Assembly (NCBI RefSeq): GCF_004010195.1
Contig: NC_057719.1
Location: forward strand, 3,486,679 to 3,543,719
From: Chiloscyllium plagiosum
Lineage: Eukaryota
DNA: 57,041 nucleotides
Reading direction: 5' to 3'
Each line of letters opens with the position of its first letter. Positions within the stretch are counted from its first letter, which is position 1. The translations under genes were made by a program, and so were the position numbers. Below, piece by piece: positions 1 to 13,087 of this stretch. The notes under the pieces were generated by a model. The model made no database searches. It had not been told where the DNA came from and saw only the letters and a program-made list of their open reading frames with translations.

Positions 1-520
1 CCTGGCATATGATTCCTTTTTTTTCTTAACCAAACCCTCAATTTCTTTAGTCATCCAGCATTCCCTATACCTACCAGCCTTCCCTTTCACCCTGACAGGA
101 ATATACTTTCTCTGGATTCTCGTTATCTCATTTCTAAAGGTTTCCCATTTTCCAGCCATCCCTTTACATGCGAACATCTGCCTCCAATCAGCTTTTGAAA
201 GTTCATGCCTAATACCATCAAAAGTGGCCTTTCTCCAATTTAGAACTTCAACTTTTAGATCTGGTTTATCCTCTTCCATCACTATTTTAAAAGTCGTAGA
301 ATTATGGTCGCTGGCCTCAAAGTGCTCACCTACTGACACCTCAGTCACCTGCCCTGCCTTATTTCCCAAGAGTAGGTCAAGTTTTGCACCTTCTCTAGTA
401 GGTACATCCACATACTGAATCAGAAAATTGTCTTGCATGCACTTATTTCGTTATCTCATTTCTGAAGGCTTCCCATTTTCCAGCCGTCCCTTTATCTGCG
501 AACATCAGCTTTCGAAAGTT
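1..520 (-). mobile_element. CR1 LINE ORF2 fragment (endonuclease C-terminus/linker)
   Basis: Minus strand reads PTREGAKLDLLLGN...GEHF..SDHNS. 449-520 repeats about 121-200. Confidence 0.8.
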
Positions 521-830
521 TATGAAGTGCGTTTGAATAGTTTGGGCCTGTATCCATTAGAACATAGAAGACTGAAGCATACAAGAATCTTAGGGAACTT
601 GACAGGGTAGGTGTGGAAAGATTACTTTCCTTTGAGGGCGAGTCTCAGACCAGAGGGCATCATCTCAGAATAAGGGGTCACACAGTTAAGACAGAGATGA
701 GAAGGAATTTCTCTTGGGGGGGGTGGGGTGGTGGGAGGGGTGTATCTGTGGAATTCTTTCCTGCAGATAGATATTGAAGAGAGTAGTTAAGTACTTTGAA
801 GGCTGAGATAGACAGGTTTTGAATCCCTAG
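520..830 (+). mobile_element. Degenerate CR1 3' fragment
   Basis: LNSLGLYPLEHRRL...RGH...KTEMRRNF pattern. Confidence 0.7.
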
Positions 831-1534
831 TCATTACAATCATCTTCATTGAAAGACTCCACAGGAAAGCCCAAAATTCAAAATAAAGCTTAATAAACCT
901 CTGCTGACCTTCTGCACTGGAACCTGGTTAGCTTGTTTAGTGACAAAATGCGCAAAAAAATGCATTAATTCAAAGCTAGGCCTCAAAAACTCTTTTAAAA
1001 GAAATCACCATGGTTACAGAAATACAAGATAATTATTAATTTCAGACGTGCAGAAAAGCTCATGCCTCTCACAAACCCATAACCCAAGAACACATCATTG
1101 CAATAAATGATATTAAATTTATGCAGGTACAGTACATCAGGAAGTGAAATGGCCTTTATTGTAAAGGCAGCCATTTCAAAGTCAGGAGTTTTGGCTACAC
1201 TGCACAGAGCCCTGGTGAGATCACAATCAGTAGCACTCTATTGGTCTCCTTACTGATGGAAGAATATAGTTGTGATGGAAAAGGTTCGGGGAAGGTTCCC
1301 TGGGTAGATTAATAGGTTAAAGTGATTACCTCTTCCAGAAAAGTTGAGCAGATTGTCCTCTGCTCATTGATTTGGAGAAGAATGAGAGGCAACATTTCTG
1401 AAATATATAAAACTCTGAGAGGGCTTGCCAGGGTGGATGCTGGGAGCAGGTTTCCTTTTCTGGGGACCAAGAATTAGGATCCAGTGTAAAAATAAGCCCC
1501 CCCACCAAGTTAAGAAGCATTTGAGGAGGAGTTT

Positions 1535-1877
1535 GCAGCATGGTGGCTCAGTGGTTAGCACTGCTGCCCCACAGTGTCAGGGATCTGGGGTTGAGTCTGC
1601 TCTGGGGTGACTGTCTGTGTGGAGTTTGCACATTCTCCCTCTGTCTGCATGGGGGTGCTCCAGTATCCTCCCACTGTCCAAAACTGTGCAGTTTAGGTGG
1701 ATTGGCCATGCTAAATTACTACAGTGTCTAGGGATATGTAGGCCAGGTGGGTTAGCCATGTGCTATGTCGGATTAAACTTGGGGGAGTAGGGGACTGGTG
1801 GTCTGGATGGGATACTCTTCAGAGTGTTGGTATAGACTTGACAGGCTGAATGGCCTGCTTGCACACTGTAGGGATTT
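1535..1877 (+). mobile_element. tRNA-derived HE1/V-SINE-type SINE
   Basis: A-box TGGCTCAGTGG head, GTGGAGTTTGCACATTCTCCC core, CR1-like 3' tail. Confidence 0.85.
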
Positions 1878-2904
1878 TGTGAGTTTTTTTCATTGGACGG
1901 TCATTAATTTTCAGACTCTCTGCAGTGGCGGCTGGCAATTGGATATATCCAAGGTTGAGAAAGTCAGGTCTTTGAACAACGTGGGAGTGCAGGGTTGAAG
2001 GGAAGAGACTGGAAGGTGGAGTGAGGGTCACAATCAGTTCAACCACTCTCCTATCGGTTGCTGCAGCAGCCTGGCTGACTAATACCATACTGCTCCTCTG
2101 AGTGGGGGAAGCGGTGGCATAAGGGTAATGTCATAGGCTGGTCGTTCAGAGACCCCAGATTAATGCTGCAGGGGAGGGAGAGTTCAATCTTGCTGTGTCT
2201 AATTTATAAAGCTCATCTCAAAAAATTACAGAGGAGATCCTCCAGGACTGAAGCCATTCAACTACACAGAGAGTTTAGGTAGGGGTGGAGTTATTTTCCT
2301 TAGAGCAGAGAGGGCTGAGGGAGGGGCTGAATATGATTGAGGTGTTCAAAGTTCTGAGCGATACATTTACACCTTTTCACTGAGAGAGGGATTAATAATT
2401 GAAAGGTGAAGTGTTACAGTATGGAGCAGGAGGTTTGGAGGTTTGGAGAGGATTTGAGGAATTTTTACTTCACCTCCGGGAATCACAGCCAAAAAGGGTG
2501 GCACAGGCTGGAACCTTCATTTGTGAGGTTTTCCAAGAAATTTGAAATGCAGAGTTTACAAGGCTGCAGGCCAGAGGGGTGGAAAATGGGATTAGGGGAG
2601 ATAGTTGACCAGCAGGTGTACAATGTGCTGGAAAATTCTTACTAAGTCAATCACTTGTGATGTTACGGACAGATCCAATCGCGGCCACCATTTCTAGACC
2701 TATCCCTCATGTGGTATTTGCAGGATTTGCTGCCATATTTGCAGCATTCAGAACAATGATTGCATCTGCAGGTACATTCTCTGTTTGTAACAATCTTCTC
2801 AATTTTCCTCCCTTCCCGGCTGGCTAATCCAGAACCTTTAACAGATTACTAGAAATAAAACAGATTCAAGCAGGAAGATTGTTGCTGCTGAAGGTAGTGC
2901 ATAG

Positions 2905-3223
2905 AACCCCTACAGTGTGGAAACAGGCCCTTCAGCCCAACAAGTTTACACCGACCTTCCGAAGAGTAACCCATCCAACTACCCTACATTTACCCCTGAC
3001 TAATGCACCTAACCTACACATCTCTGAACACTGTGGGCAATTTAGCGTGGCCAATTCACTCTAACCTGTACATCTTTGGACTGTGGGAGGAAACCAGAGC
3101 AACCCCACACAGACACGGGGAGAATGTGCAAACTCCACACAGACAGTTGCCTGAGGCTGGAATCGAACCCGGATCCCTGGTGCTGTGAGGCAGCAGTGCT
3201 AACCACTGAGCCACCATGCCACC
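2905..3223 (-). mobile_element. HE1/V-SINE-type SINE
   Basis: Reverse complement of the same head (A box, GGTTCGATTCC B box), core and tail. Confidence 0.9.
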
Positions 3224-3467
3224 TGAGTTACCCCTGAGAAAGAGGTGATGAGCCACACTCCTCCCCATCAGAGTTTGTGCTGATACAGCTCTGACCGTCG
3301 CTGGTGAATAGTTTCCGTGTTTTGACCCAGCGACTGTGATGGGACAGATTCCTTGTGAAGAGAAGGCTGACAGAGAGTGACAGCACAGAGAGATTTGGGA
3401 GTACTAATCCCAGACTCACAAAAAACAAGCATCTGAGTCCACTAGGTAATAGGGAAGGAACATGGAA

Positions 3468-3746
3468 TGGATGTAGGTTTGCTCTCTGAGCTGGAAGGTT
3501 CATTTTCAGATGTTTCATCACCATACTAGGTAACATCTTCAGTGAGCCTCTGAATGAAGCACTAGTGATGTAGCCCACTTTCAAATGTATAAATAAAAAA
3601 CGGGCTACACCACCAGTGCTTCATCCGGAGGCTCACTGAGTATGTTATCTAGTATGGTGACGAAACGTCTGAAAATGAACCTTGCAGCTCAGCGAGCAAA
3701 CCTACATCCAGAACCTCAACCTGAGCTACAAATCTTCTCCAAACTC
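3468..3746. mobile_element. Fold-back Penelope-like terminus (family D) with degenerate hammerhead core
   Basis: Inverted arms about 3468-3576 and 3602-3710. Combined consensus CTGAAGA-T-GTTACC-tagtat-GGTGAC-GAAACGTC. Confidence 0.7.
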
Positions 3747-3754
3747 ATTAGGCT

Positions 3755-4830
3755 CATTGAATGTATGTAGGGAATGGTGTTTAAAAATAGGGAGGTTTTA
3801 CTAAAAATGCACAAGGCACCAGTCAGACCACAAAAGACAACAAGCCAAAAGAACTGAGGATGGTGGAAATCAAAAACAGAAATTGCTGGAATAACTCAAC
3901 AGATACTTCAGAGAGAGAAATCAGAGTCAATGCCTCAGGGGCAGTGCGCTTCCTTCAGAACACAGCTGGAATACTGTGAACGACGGAGGGCCCACCACCC
4001 CCCCGAGCCAGGAAAGACTGGCATTTTGGAGGCAGTCCAGAGACGGTCCACTCGGCTGATCCTGACAATGGAGGGATAGCATTGTGAGGAGAGGTTGAGT
4101 AGGTTGGGCCTGGAGTTTAGAAGCAGCCTTATTGAAACACATAAGATTGCTAGGAGAGGTGACAGGGGAGATATCGAGAGATTGTTTCTCCTCATAAGAG
4201 AGTCCAGGAACAGAGGGCATGGTCTCAGATTTCAAGCGTACACATTGAAGACGGAGATGAGGAGGAATTTCCTCTCTCAGAGGGGAGTGAGTCTGTGGAA
4301 CTCTTTACCATAGAGTGATGTTGAGTCTGGGTCATTAAGTATTTTGGGGGAGGTGATGATCGCTTGGCATTATTGCTGGATTAATAATCCAGAGACTGGG
4401 TTCAAATCTTGCCATGGAGTTCAAATTCAGTAAAAACAAAACAAGAATTAAGAGTCCAACAAGGACTATAAAACCATTTTGATTGTCAGCTATACCCATC
4501 TGATTCACTAATGCCCTTCGGGGAAGGAAATCTGCCATCCTTACCCAGTCTGGCCTACATATAACTCCACATCCACAGCAACGTGGGTGTCTTTTAACTG
4601 CCCTCCAGGCATTTAGGGACAGGCAATGAATGTTGGCAAAGCCCTTGTCCCATGAGTGAATCTAAAAATATAGTCATAGCTGAGACAGATTTTAATCAGA
4701 AAGGGAATCAAGGGATATGGGAAAAGGCAGGAAAATGGAACTGAGGATTATCAGATCAACCAATTGAATGGCTCATCTCACTTGATGGGCTGAATGGCCT
4801 ACTCCTTCCCCTACTCTTATGGTCAAATAT
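3755..4830 (+). mobile_element. CR1 3' fragment interrupted by other repeats
   Basis: ORF 4095..4313 (SRLGL...RGHGL...KTEMRRNFLSQR) and CR1 3'UTR at about 4680-4830. Confidence 0.75.
4345..4670 (+). mobile_element. tRNA-headed SINE / bipartite non-autonomous LINE derivative
   Basis: B-box GGTTCAAATC. Body TTCACTAATG.CCTT..GGGAAGGAAATCTGCCATCCTTACC is shared with 48770-49050; tail is shared with LINE 3' ends at 8605 and 43200. Confidence 0.7.
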
Positions 4831-5028
4831 GGGAACCAGCCATCACCCAGACTGCATCTTGAAAGTGATGGTGAATGTGTGCATAAGAATGAAATACTTG
4901 TTTTAAACAGCAAACCAAAACCAATAAATGCATTTATTCTTTCCTCAGCTGCGGTCACCTGACTGAGAGAGCAGTTTTACTGAAGAAAGGAGCCTGGTGT
5001 TGAGTTGGCTGGGAGAAACGGGTAAGGA

Positions 5029-6391
5029 ATGGCGGAGGGAGAGAGTGGAATGGCCAAGGGAAGGACTCGGAGGTTGTGCAAGAGGAAGCCGCCACCCAGA
5101 GCATCTTCAGTTGATGATGGATCCCATTCTTCGCCCCAGTTGTCGGATGTTGAATCCTCCTCCTCCAAATCCTATGTCATCGAGTGGCTTTGTGCCCACC
5201 CATATCCTTCAACTGCCCTCACGTTCCCTTCTCCTGCTGAAGACCCCCCTTCGTTTCATGACATCTACCACCACAACCTGGAGAAGGTTGCATCCAGCAA
5301 CTCGTCACGGAGCTCGTTCGTGGTCAGCAGGCGGAGGCCGAATTCTGGGGCGGACATTTTCTGCCACACCAGCACACCCGGGCTGGAGATGGAGGAGGTG
5401 CCAACCTGCTGGCAAGCGCACACGGGGGGTGAATCTGCCCGACCTTGGAATCTGGCTCAACCGGTCAGTGCCAAGGCCCCCGCAGGGCTGGAGAGTCCCG
5501 GTACCGGCCTTCCCAATGGGCTCAATAACTACGCCCAAACTATTCGCTACTGCAACTGCAAACAGTCGGGGGGCTTTAAACACGGGAGGAGAAAAGACTC
5601 ACCTCTGGCTGGCCATCCAACTGAGATGTTGACCAACAGGCCAGAGAGAAAGGAAAACAAGATCGGTTCTTGTGAAATTCCTGGTGACGGGGGGCATTTA
5701 TCCCCAGGGGACGCCATGAAACCTGAGCCCAAAACCGCAAAAAGAACCCTCCCAGAGGCTGCTGGGACCTCTGTCCCCGAGGCCATTGTGACCTCTGACC
5801 CCGAGGAGAGCCAGTTTGCCAAGGGTGACCCGTGGCCGACGGACCCAGGACAGGCCAGACGAGGGGCGGCTGGACCGAAAATCAGCTCCACTCACCACAA
5901 GAAGACGTCCGGGCCGGATCTGCAGTTGAAGACACTGGGGATCACTGTGTCCGTGGGGGAGTGGAGGAACGAGGCGTCAGTCACAGAGTCCGCACAGCGT
6001 GCCTCCAGGCCTGGTGTGGCGCTAGGCCGAGCCGAGAACTCACCTCACGCTGCCGCTCAGTCTGCCTCACGGCCTGCGGGAAGCCCACCGAAGGCAACTC
6101 ACACAAAGCGTCAGGAAACTCAGCTCACCTTTAACCTCACAGCTGGGAAGGGTCTGTGTAGGAAAGGCGATGACCAGTGCAGGAGGACTGACCCACTGCC
6201 CAACGCCCAGGCGAAAATGCCGGCCTGTTCAGAAAGCTCAGGCTCTGACTCAGTGGAGGCAAGTCCCAGGTGCAGTCCTGAAGCCGGGACTTCCTCTCAG
6301 CTCCCCAGAGTCTCAGAAAAGGTCACCACGTGTCAAAGTTCACCACGGGTTCCGGAAGAACACCTGGGGCTGGGTGAAGTTTCAGGATCAG
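5029..6391 (+). CDS. First coding exon of an uncharacterised tandem-SAM-domain protein; large S/P/G/A-rich, probably disordered N-terminus (454 codons + 1 nt)
   Basis: Longest non-repeat ORF (5029..6474). Acceptor ttattctttcctcag|4949, an in-frame upstream stop (TGA 4960-4962), ATG in strong context (G at -3, G at +4), and donor CAG|GTATGT after 6391 (phase 1) that matches the next exon's phase. Confidence 0.75.
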
Positions 6392-6551
6392 GTATGTGTA
6401 CGGGGAAACACTCAGCACTAATACCATACTCGGGCCGAACGCAACATAACCAGGCGGGTGATGGAACGAAGTGAGGGTTTAACACGTCTCGCTTAAAACT
6501 TGCTCTGGCAGATTGATGGCCAAATGGCAAGTGAGCTGTCCTCCTCCATCC

Positions 6552-6737
6552 ATGATGTGGAGGAGCCGGTGTTGGACTGGGGTGGACAAAGTCAAAAATC
6601 ACGCAACACCAGGTTATAATCCAACAGGAAATCACAAGCGTTCGGAGCCTCCAACCTTCAAGGGGCAACACTCCGAAAGCTTATGTTTTCAAATAAACCT
6701 GTTGGACTATAACTTGGTGTGTGTGATCTTTGACCTT
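6552..6737. mobile_element. Short fold-back PLE terminus (family B)
   Basis: CACCAGGTTATAATCCAACAGG ... CCTGTTGGACTATAACTTGGTG inverted pair. Confidence 0.7.
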
Positions 6738-6975
6738 CTGCAACAGCCAATGAGCTGTGTGCAGTGATTCTAATGTCCAGCAGTATAGCCAGACCCTTAG
6801 AGAGCAGTGAAAGGGAACTTGGTAACTGTACTTTGGGGAATTGTACGTACGTTTATAAAAACATTAATTTTCGGGGCATACGGGAATAAGTGGGCCTTGG
6901 TTTCCAGCCCCAACGACATGCGAAACAAACCATCCGTTAAAATCATCACCAATGTTTCATTTGCTTGCTGTGCAG

Positions 6976-7058
6976 GTGGTGAGGGTCAGGATATCGGACA
7001 GGGAAACTCCGAGAGTCAGACACACAAGCCCAGGCTCAGCACATCAGAAACAGAGAAG
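6976..7058 (+). CDS. Coding exon, 83 nt, phase 1 to 0 (linker of module A: GGEGQDIGQGNSESQTHKPRLSTSETEK)
   Basis: Acceptor ttgcttgctgtgcag|, donor AAG|GTAACC. Keeps frame between 6391 and 9497. Same length and phases as 13609-13691. Confidence 0.7.
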
Positions 7059-8224
7059 GTAACCGAATGGGGAAGGCAGCTGTGGAGAGACAGGGAGAGG
7101 GTGGCGTTGCACTGGATGGGAAATCTCAAACTGCCTGAGGTGATGATTTGGGGGAAATTTTCTTTTGTACTGTCATGTGGATCCGAAACAGACGATTGGA
7201 TGGTGTGGCCCAAACTGAGATTAGTCCAACCTCCTTCCAATGCTTCCACACCATCCAGTCTTTTATATAATTCCATGCTGAGGGCTGCAATGGATTAACC
7301 TCCAATGCCTTTGGGTTTTCGGTTAGTCTGGGGATCAAGGGTTACGGGGAGAAGTCAGCAGAATGTGGTTGAGAAACACATCAGCCACGATCGAATGGTG
7401 CAGCAGATTCGATGGGCCGAATGTTTCCCTAATACTGCTATCTTATGGTCTTTACAAACAGTGTATCCTTGATCAGAACAATGTGCACCATCTTGAAAAG
7501 CTGCCTAATTCTATCTGAGTGCCACCTCTCCACTTTGCTCCATCTCAGCTCATCTCCTGCTGAACCCCTCACACACACACCATCTTGACTGGTTCAGGAT
7601 TTGACCTTCCCATCCCAGACTGCCGGCTAGTTTTCCGTCTTCCCCCCTCCATACACTTCAGGTCATGCCAAACCTCGGCTGACCATGTGCTAGCTTACAC
7701 CATTGGCCCAGGACCCTAGCCCATACGGTCTCGCATGAAGCTATAGATCCTTTACAGCAGAGAAACAGGCCCTTCCACCCATCAAATTTATAATCAAGTA
7801 AAAGCTCGATTGTAAAACTCTGATATTTATCTTCGAATGGTACTGCTGCCCTCCATACCTGGGTTATTACCCACAATCCCACTGGCCTCGGAGATATCTG
7901 TGCTGAACTAATTCTGATTGCTTGATTGTTCTCAGTTTTAATCAAGAACATGCCTTCAGCTGTCTGGGCCCTGGTTCTGGCTGATTGCCCTTTATCTTTT
8001 CAGAAGCTTCTGAGGACCCGCATGCAGCTCTCTCATTATCACCTTTTTGTGTGTCAGCCTCTCATTTTGTTTTGTATGAAGTGCTGGTGCAGGTTTCTCA
8101 GTGCTTGGTCTTTCATGCACTTGTTTGTTCCCGCAGTAAGAAAAGCACATTCCCTGCAGCTAACAGCTCCCGTCTCAACCCGGGTTGCTTTCCGTCAACA
8201 GTCGTGAAGGGTGAGCTCAGTTAG

Positions 8225-8388
8225 TGAGCCTTTCTGCACCCCAGAGGCTCCCAACCTCATTCCTGATGAAGGGCTCCGGCCTGAAGCGTCGATTCTCCTG
8301 CTCCTCGGATGCTGCCTGATCTGCTGCGCTTTTCCAGCACCACACTATCAACTCTGATCTCCAACATCTGCAGTCCTCACTGTCTCCT
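8225..8388 (+). mobile_element. PLE 3' terminus (family A), single arm, hammerhead core mutated (GAAA to GAAG)
   Basis: CTGATGAAGGGC..GCCTGAAGCGTC followed by GATGCTGCCTGA..CTGCAGTCCTCAC. Confidence 0.75.
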
Positions 8389-8604
8389 AGTGCTGGGTTA
8401 TCCAGGCAGGACCTCTCCAGGACTGGCCACACGTGTGACAGTAACCCGGTGTCTCCTGAGGCTATGATTTGCTGATCAAGGTCACATGTGCCGCAGAACT
8501 GCTCGTAACTCATGTCAACAGACTGAGATTTGTAGCACAGTTAGGAGTGTCCTTTAACCACTGTCACACAGGAAAGGTCTTGAAGCTGTTAATTTTTATT
8601 TTGA

Positions 8605-9210
8605 TTCACTCCTGGGACGTGGGTGTCGCTGGCTGGGCCCAGTATTTACTGCCCGTCCCTAGTTGCCCCTTGAGAAGGTGGGGGTGAGCTGCCTTCTTGA
8701 ACCGCTGCAGTCCACGTGCTGTGGGTTGACCCACAACACCCTGAGGGAGGGAATTCCAGGATTTTAACCCAGTGGCACTGAAGGAACGGTGATATATCTC
8801 CAAGTCGGGATGGTGAGTGGCTTGGAGGGGAACTTGCAGGGGGTGGTGTTCTCATGTACCTGCTGCCCTTGTCCTTCTAGATGGAATGGTCATGGGTTTG
8901 AAAGGTGCTGTCTGAGGATCTTTGGTGAGTTTCTGCAGTACATCTGCAGTGCTACTGAGCGTCGGTGGTGGAGGGAGTGGATATTTGTGGATGTGGTGCC
9001 AATCAAGTGGCTGCTTTATCCTGGATGGTGTCAAGCTTCTTGAGTGTTGTTGGAGCAGGGCAAGTGGGGAGTATTCCATCACACTCCTGACTTGTGCCTT
9101 GGAGATGGCTTTGGGGAGTCAGGAGATGTGTTACTCACAACAGGATTCTGATCCTTTGACCTACTCTTGCAGCTATATTATTCACGTTCATTAGTCCAGT
9201 GCAGTTTTCG
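8605..9210 (-). mobile_element. 3' part of a CR1/L2-superclade LINE (tRNA-headed family)
   Basis: ORFs 8606..8803 and 8852..9082 (MEYSPLA...; SWNSLP...GLQRFKKAAH). Homologous to 42020-43260. Confidence 0.8.
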
Positions 9211-9496
9211 AAACATGTGAATAACCTTATGCCTCTGTCATCTTTGCTATTTGAAATTCTTGGAGCCACAGTTTCCCACGTCAATCAGTTAATGCTGTAA
9301 TAATATGTTCCACCAGGAGGGGGTGTCACAATATCTCCACTTTGGAATTTCCATCTTCTCAGCAAGAAGAGAAATCTCTCTACTTCCTCGCTGTTTGATA
9401 GCTCAGCCCATCCTGAGGTTGTGAAACGTAGATACAAATGATTCCTTTTGTTAATCCGACTGTATGCCACTCTGATGTTGTAAACCCCTCTCCCAG

Positions 9497-9605
9497 GTCA
9501 CCAATGTCTCAGGAGCACCCGTGTCTGTGGAGAAGATGGCGGCTGAGGAAGTCCGTCACTGGCTGATCAACTCTGGCTTCCACTCATGCCTTCAGCGAGT
9601 GAAAG
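9497..9605 (+). CDS. Coding exon, 109 nt, phase 0 to 1: N-half of SAM-like domain 1 (VTNVSGAPVSVEKMAAEEVRHWLINSGFHSCLQRVK)
   Basis: Acceptor cccctctcccag|, donor AAG|GTGAGA. The 'EEV..WL...GF' pattern is typical of SAM helix 1. Paralogous to 19904-20012. Confidence 0.85.
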
Positions 9606-10884
9606 GTGAGAGGCGTGCTCACTGTGAGAACACCTTACCTCACCGCAAGGTTTCGGTAAATCTGAGCTCGCTTAGTACACATCGAAATGGATAGGTCAAT
9701 GCTCTTCACCTCGCTGTCTCCCCACCTCCCCTCACCCCCTCCTCTCCTCCCCTGAACCCCCTCCGCTCCTTCCCTCCTCCCCTCACTCCCCCTCCCCTCC
9801 TCCCCTGAACACCCTCCCTTCCTTCCCTCCTTCCCTCCTCCCATCACTCCCCCTCCCCCTCCCCTGNNNNNNNNNNNNNNNNNNNNNNNNNNNNNNNNNN
9901 NNNNNNNNNNNNNNNNNNNNNNNNNNNNNNNNNNNNNNNNNNNNNNNNNNNNNNNNNNNNNNNNNNNNNNNNNNNNNNNNNNNNNNNNNNNNNNNNNNNN
10001 NNNNNNNNNNNNNNNNNNNNNNNNNNNNNNNNNNNNNNNNNNNNNNNNNNNNNNNNNNNNNNNNNNNNNNNNNNNNNNNNNNNNNNNNNNNNNNNNNNNN
10101 NNNNNNNNNNNNNNNNNNNNNNNNNNNNNNNNNNNNNNNNNNNNNNNNNNNNNNNNNNNNNNNNNNNNNNNNNNNNNNNNNNNNNNNNNNNNNNNNNNNN
10201 NNNNNNNNNNNNNNNNNNNNNNNNNNNNNNNNNNNNNNNNNNNNNNNNNNNNNNNNNCCCTCGTCCCTCCTCAGCCACTCCCCCTCTCCACTCCTTGCCA
10301 TCATCCCATCCCTGCCCCATCCCATCCGCTCCTTATCGCTTCGTCCTTCAGACATCCTAATGTTGGAAGTCTGCTGTTGACTGCCTTGGTCATTTTCTTC
10401 TATAGTGTAGATGTTACCCTTCCCCCCACACCCCCACTTCCATTCTGGAAAAGTCTCACCCAACCACAGCCTCCGAGATCACTCTGAAGGATGTCTGGAT
10501 CACTATGAGAGATCCACTGGGGTCTGTGAGACCCCAAAGATCCAAGTGAATCATTCTGACCCTTTAGATAGGACTACTTCCGTTGAGAGAGCCGATGAGT
10601 CATCCCGCCTATCCATTGGCTCTCCATATCTGGGAAAGTAGCTAGGATGGTAATTGGCTCACTTTGGCATTGAGCGATGGCAGGGCTCAGAAATCGGAGA
10701 GTCACCTTCCCCACCCCGACACAGTCCTGTGTGTCACCAGGGCTAAAGCCAGAAGATTGCATCTCGTCTTCCGGCATCTTCTTCAGCTAACTCCTTCACT
10801 GGCCGACAATCTTCCTCAGCAAATGGTATCAGGAAATGCTGGGATGTGGTATGTGTAATGTTGATCTGTCTCCTCTCTCCTTAG

Positions 10885-11034
10885 AGCTGGGGATTAGCAG
10901 TCAGCACTTAGCCAGTGCTGACCCAGACCTGTTTGACCAGCTGAAGTTACAAGATGCAGAGGACAGAGTGCGTTTGCTGGTTGCTCTCTACCAACAACTC
11001 AGTCCATCCGCCCCGACTGTCAAGCAGCTGCTGG
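10885..11034 (+). CDS. Coding exon, 150 nt, phase 1 to 1: C-half of SAM-like domain 1 (ELGISSQHLASADPDLFDQLKLQDAEDRVRLLVALYQQLSPSAPTVKQLL)
   Basis: Acceptor tctcctctctccttag|, donor TGG|GTAAGG. 28/50 aa identical to exon 22576-22725 (hand count). Confidence 0.88.
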
Positions 11035-11274
11035 GTAAGGAATAGCGAAAGGTCAGGCTCTGTAAAAACATGGAACCCTTGTGAAGCTGGGCCACAGGTT
11101 GTGAGTTCAAGTCCAACTATGGCGAGTTTTTGGCATTTAATTGAGTAAGGGATTATTATCAATTTTGCTCAAATCCAGAAAAAGTGACTAGTTATGGTCA
11201 AAATTCAACCAGGTGATTAATTCCTTTCAAAGAAGAAAATATACTACTCTTACCTAACCTGGGATATGCTTCAT

Positions 11275-12410
11275 AGAATATACACCCTTCGGCCTACAAT
11301 GCTTTGTCGAGCATGACGCCAAACTAAACTAATCCCTTCTGTCTGTCAATATCCCTCCATCCCTTGCATATTCATGTGCTAATCTAACATATTTGCCTCC
11401 ACCACCCCCCTGGCAGCACGTTCCAGACTCCTCCCACTCTCTGTGTAAAATACTTGCCCCTCACATCTCCTTTGAACTTTCTCCCTCATCTTAAATGCAC
11501 GTCCTCTAGTTTTAGACATTTCGACTCTGGGAAAAGGATTCTAACCATCAACCCTATCTAGGCCTCTCTTAATTTTAATTTTATAAACTTCTATCAGCTT
11601 CTGCCACTCAAGACAGAAAACATCCTAGTTTGTCCAGCCTCTCCTTATAGCTCATATCCTCTAATAGACAACCATAGAATCCTACACATGGAGACATGTC
11701 TGTCCACACTAACCCTGTTTCCCTGCACATGGGCCATACCCTTCTAATCCTTTCCTATCCATGTATTTGTTCAAATGCCTTTTAAATGTTGTTAATGTAC
11801 CCACCTCAACCACTTCCACTGGCAGCTCATTCCATATGCGTACCACCCTCTGTGTAAAAGAGTTGCCCCATAGATTCCCTTTTATTCTTTCCCCTCTAAC
11901 CTTAAACTGATGCCCTCTAGTCCTCGATTCCCCAACCCTGGGAAAAAGACTGAGTGCATTCACCCCACCCATGCCTCATGATCTTATACATTCCTTATAA
12001 GATACCCCACAGTCTCCTACGCTCTCAAGAAAAAAAGTCCTAGCTTTGTCCAACCTCTCCCTATAACTCAGATCATTGAGTCCCGGCAACATCCTTATAA
12101 ATTTATTCTGTAATCTTTCCAGTTTAATAACATCCTGCCTGTAGCAAGGTGACCAAAACTGAACACAATACTCCAAGTATGGCCTCACCAATGTCCTGTA
12201 TAACTGCAACATAATGTCCCCAACTTCTATACTCAGTGCCCTGACTGATGAAGGCTAGTTTGCCAAAAGCTGCCTTCACTGCCCTGTCGACCTGTGACTC
12301 CACTGTCAGAGACCCGTGCACCTGAACTTCAAGTTCCCTCTGTTCCGGTACACTCCTTAAGGCCCTACCATTCACCATGAAACTCCTACCTTGATTTGCA
12401 TCCCGGTAAA
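11275..12410 (-). mobile_element. Two adjacent CR1 3' fragments (about 11275-11665 and 11675-12410)
   Basis: LYRTLVRPYLEYCVQFWSP; RTRGH...FTQRVVRIWNELP. Confidence 0.9.
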
Positions 12411-13087
12411 TCTCTCCCACTTCACTCCATATTAATTTTTGTTCAGATATAAGTCTGATAAAATACAGGAATAGACATCTTGAATATTGAATGGGTTTGT
12501 TGTGTGAGCACTGCATTGTAATGTCAGGCCGGGTATGACTCAGTGCAAAACATTTTTATTGACTGCCCCCCCCTAGTGTAAGTTCAAAAATATTCACACA
12601 AAGAAAATAAACAATAACACTCTCACTCAGTATAGAATTGTCATCTTCAGCAATTCCTTTCCTCTATCTTTCCATGAAGTTAAATATAAGATTATTATCG
12701 AGATCTCGTCATGCCTATGATGTGGAGGTGCATTGCACCTGACAAAAAGGTTATGTTCCGAAAGCTTTTGATTTCAAATAAACCTGTTGGACTATAACCT
12801 GGTGCCGTGTGACTTCTGACTCAGTCATGTCTCGTAATTCCTTCAAAGAAATTGCTTTTCAGCTTCCTGACTGAGCTGACAACAATTGCCCTCCTCATTT
12901 CTGATGTAAAACTATAACGGGATGATGTTTAGGTTTCCAAATGCAAGTAACGAGAGTTCAGGGAGGTTTTCTAAAGAGTGACTGAGGGCTCTCTTATCAG
13001 GAAAGTTGATGACTCGTTAATTCTTCAGTCACTGTAAACAAAAAAATAATCTCCATCCTGACAAAGCTTTATCGTGCTAAATGACAG

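Noticed and set aside
1535..1620. tRNA gene-like A/B boxes (also other SINE heads)
   Set aside because: These are heads of SINEs that continue into SINE core and tail, not standalone tRNAs.
6392..6474. C-terminal tail of the 481-aa ORF as a single-exon gene
   Set aside because: A strong CAG|GTATGT donor at 6391 and phase-compatible downstream exons favour splicing.
8137..8210. Possible extra exon (ccgcag| ... AGG|GTGAGC)
   Set aside because: Its open frame needs phase 2 in and phase 1 out, which is incompatible with the phase 0 neighbours at 7058 and 9497.
9783..10463. Long ORFs containing X runs (also 40989-41931 and 54374-54956)
   Set aside because: Artefacts of N gaps.
10411..10858. Coding-looking ORFs between the two SAM1 exons
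   Set aside because: They would split the SAM domain, have no convincing splice pair, and have no counterpart in module B.
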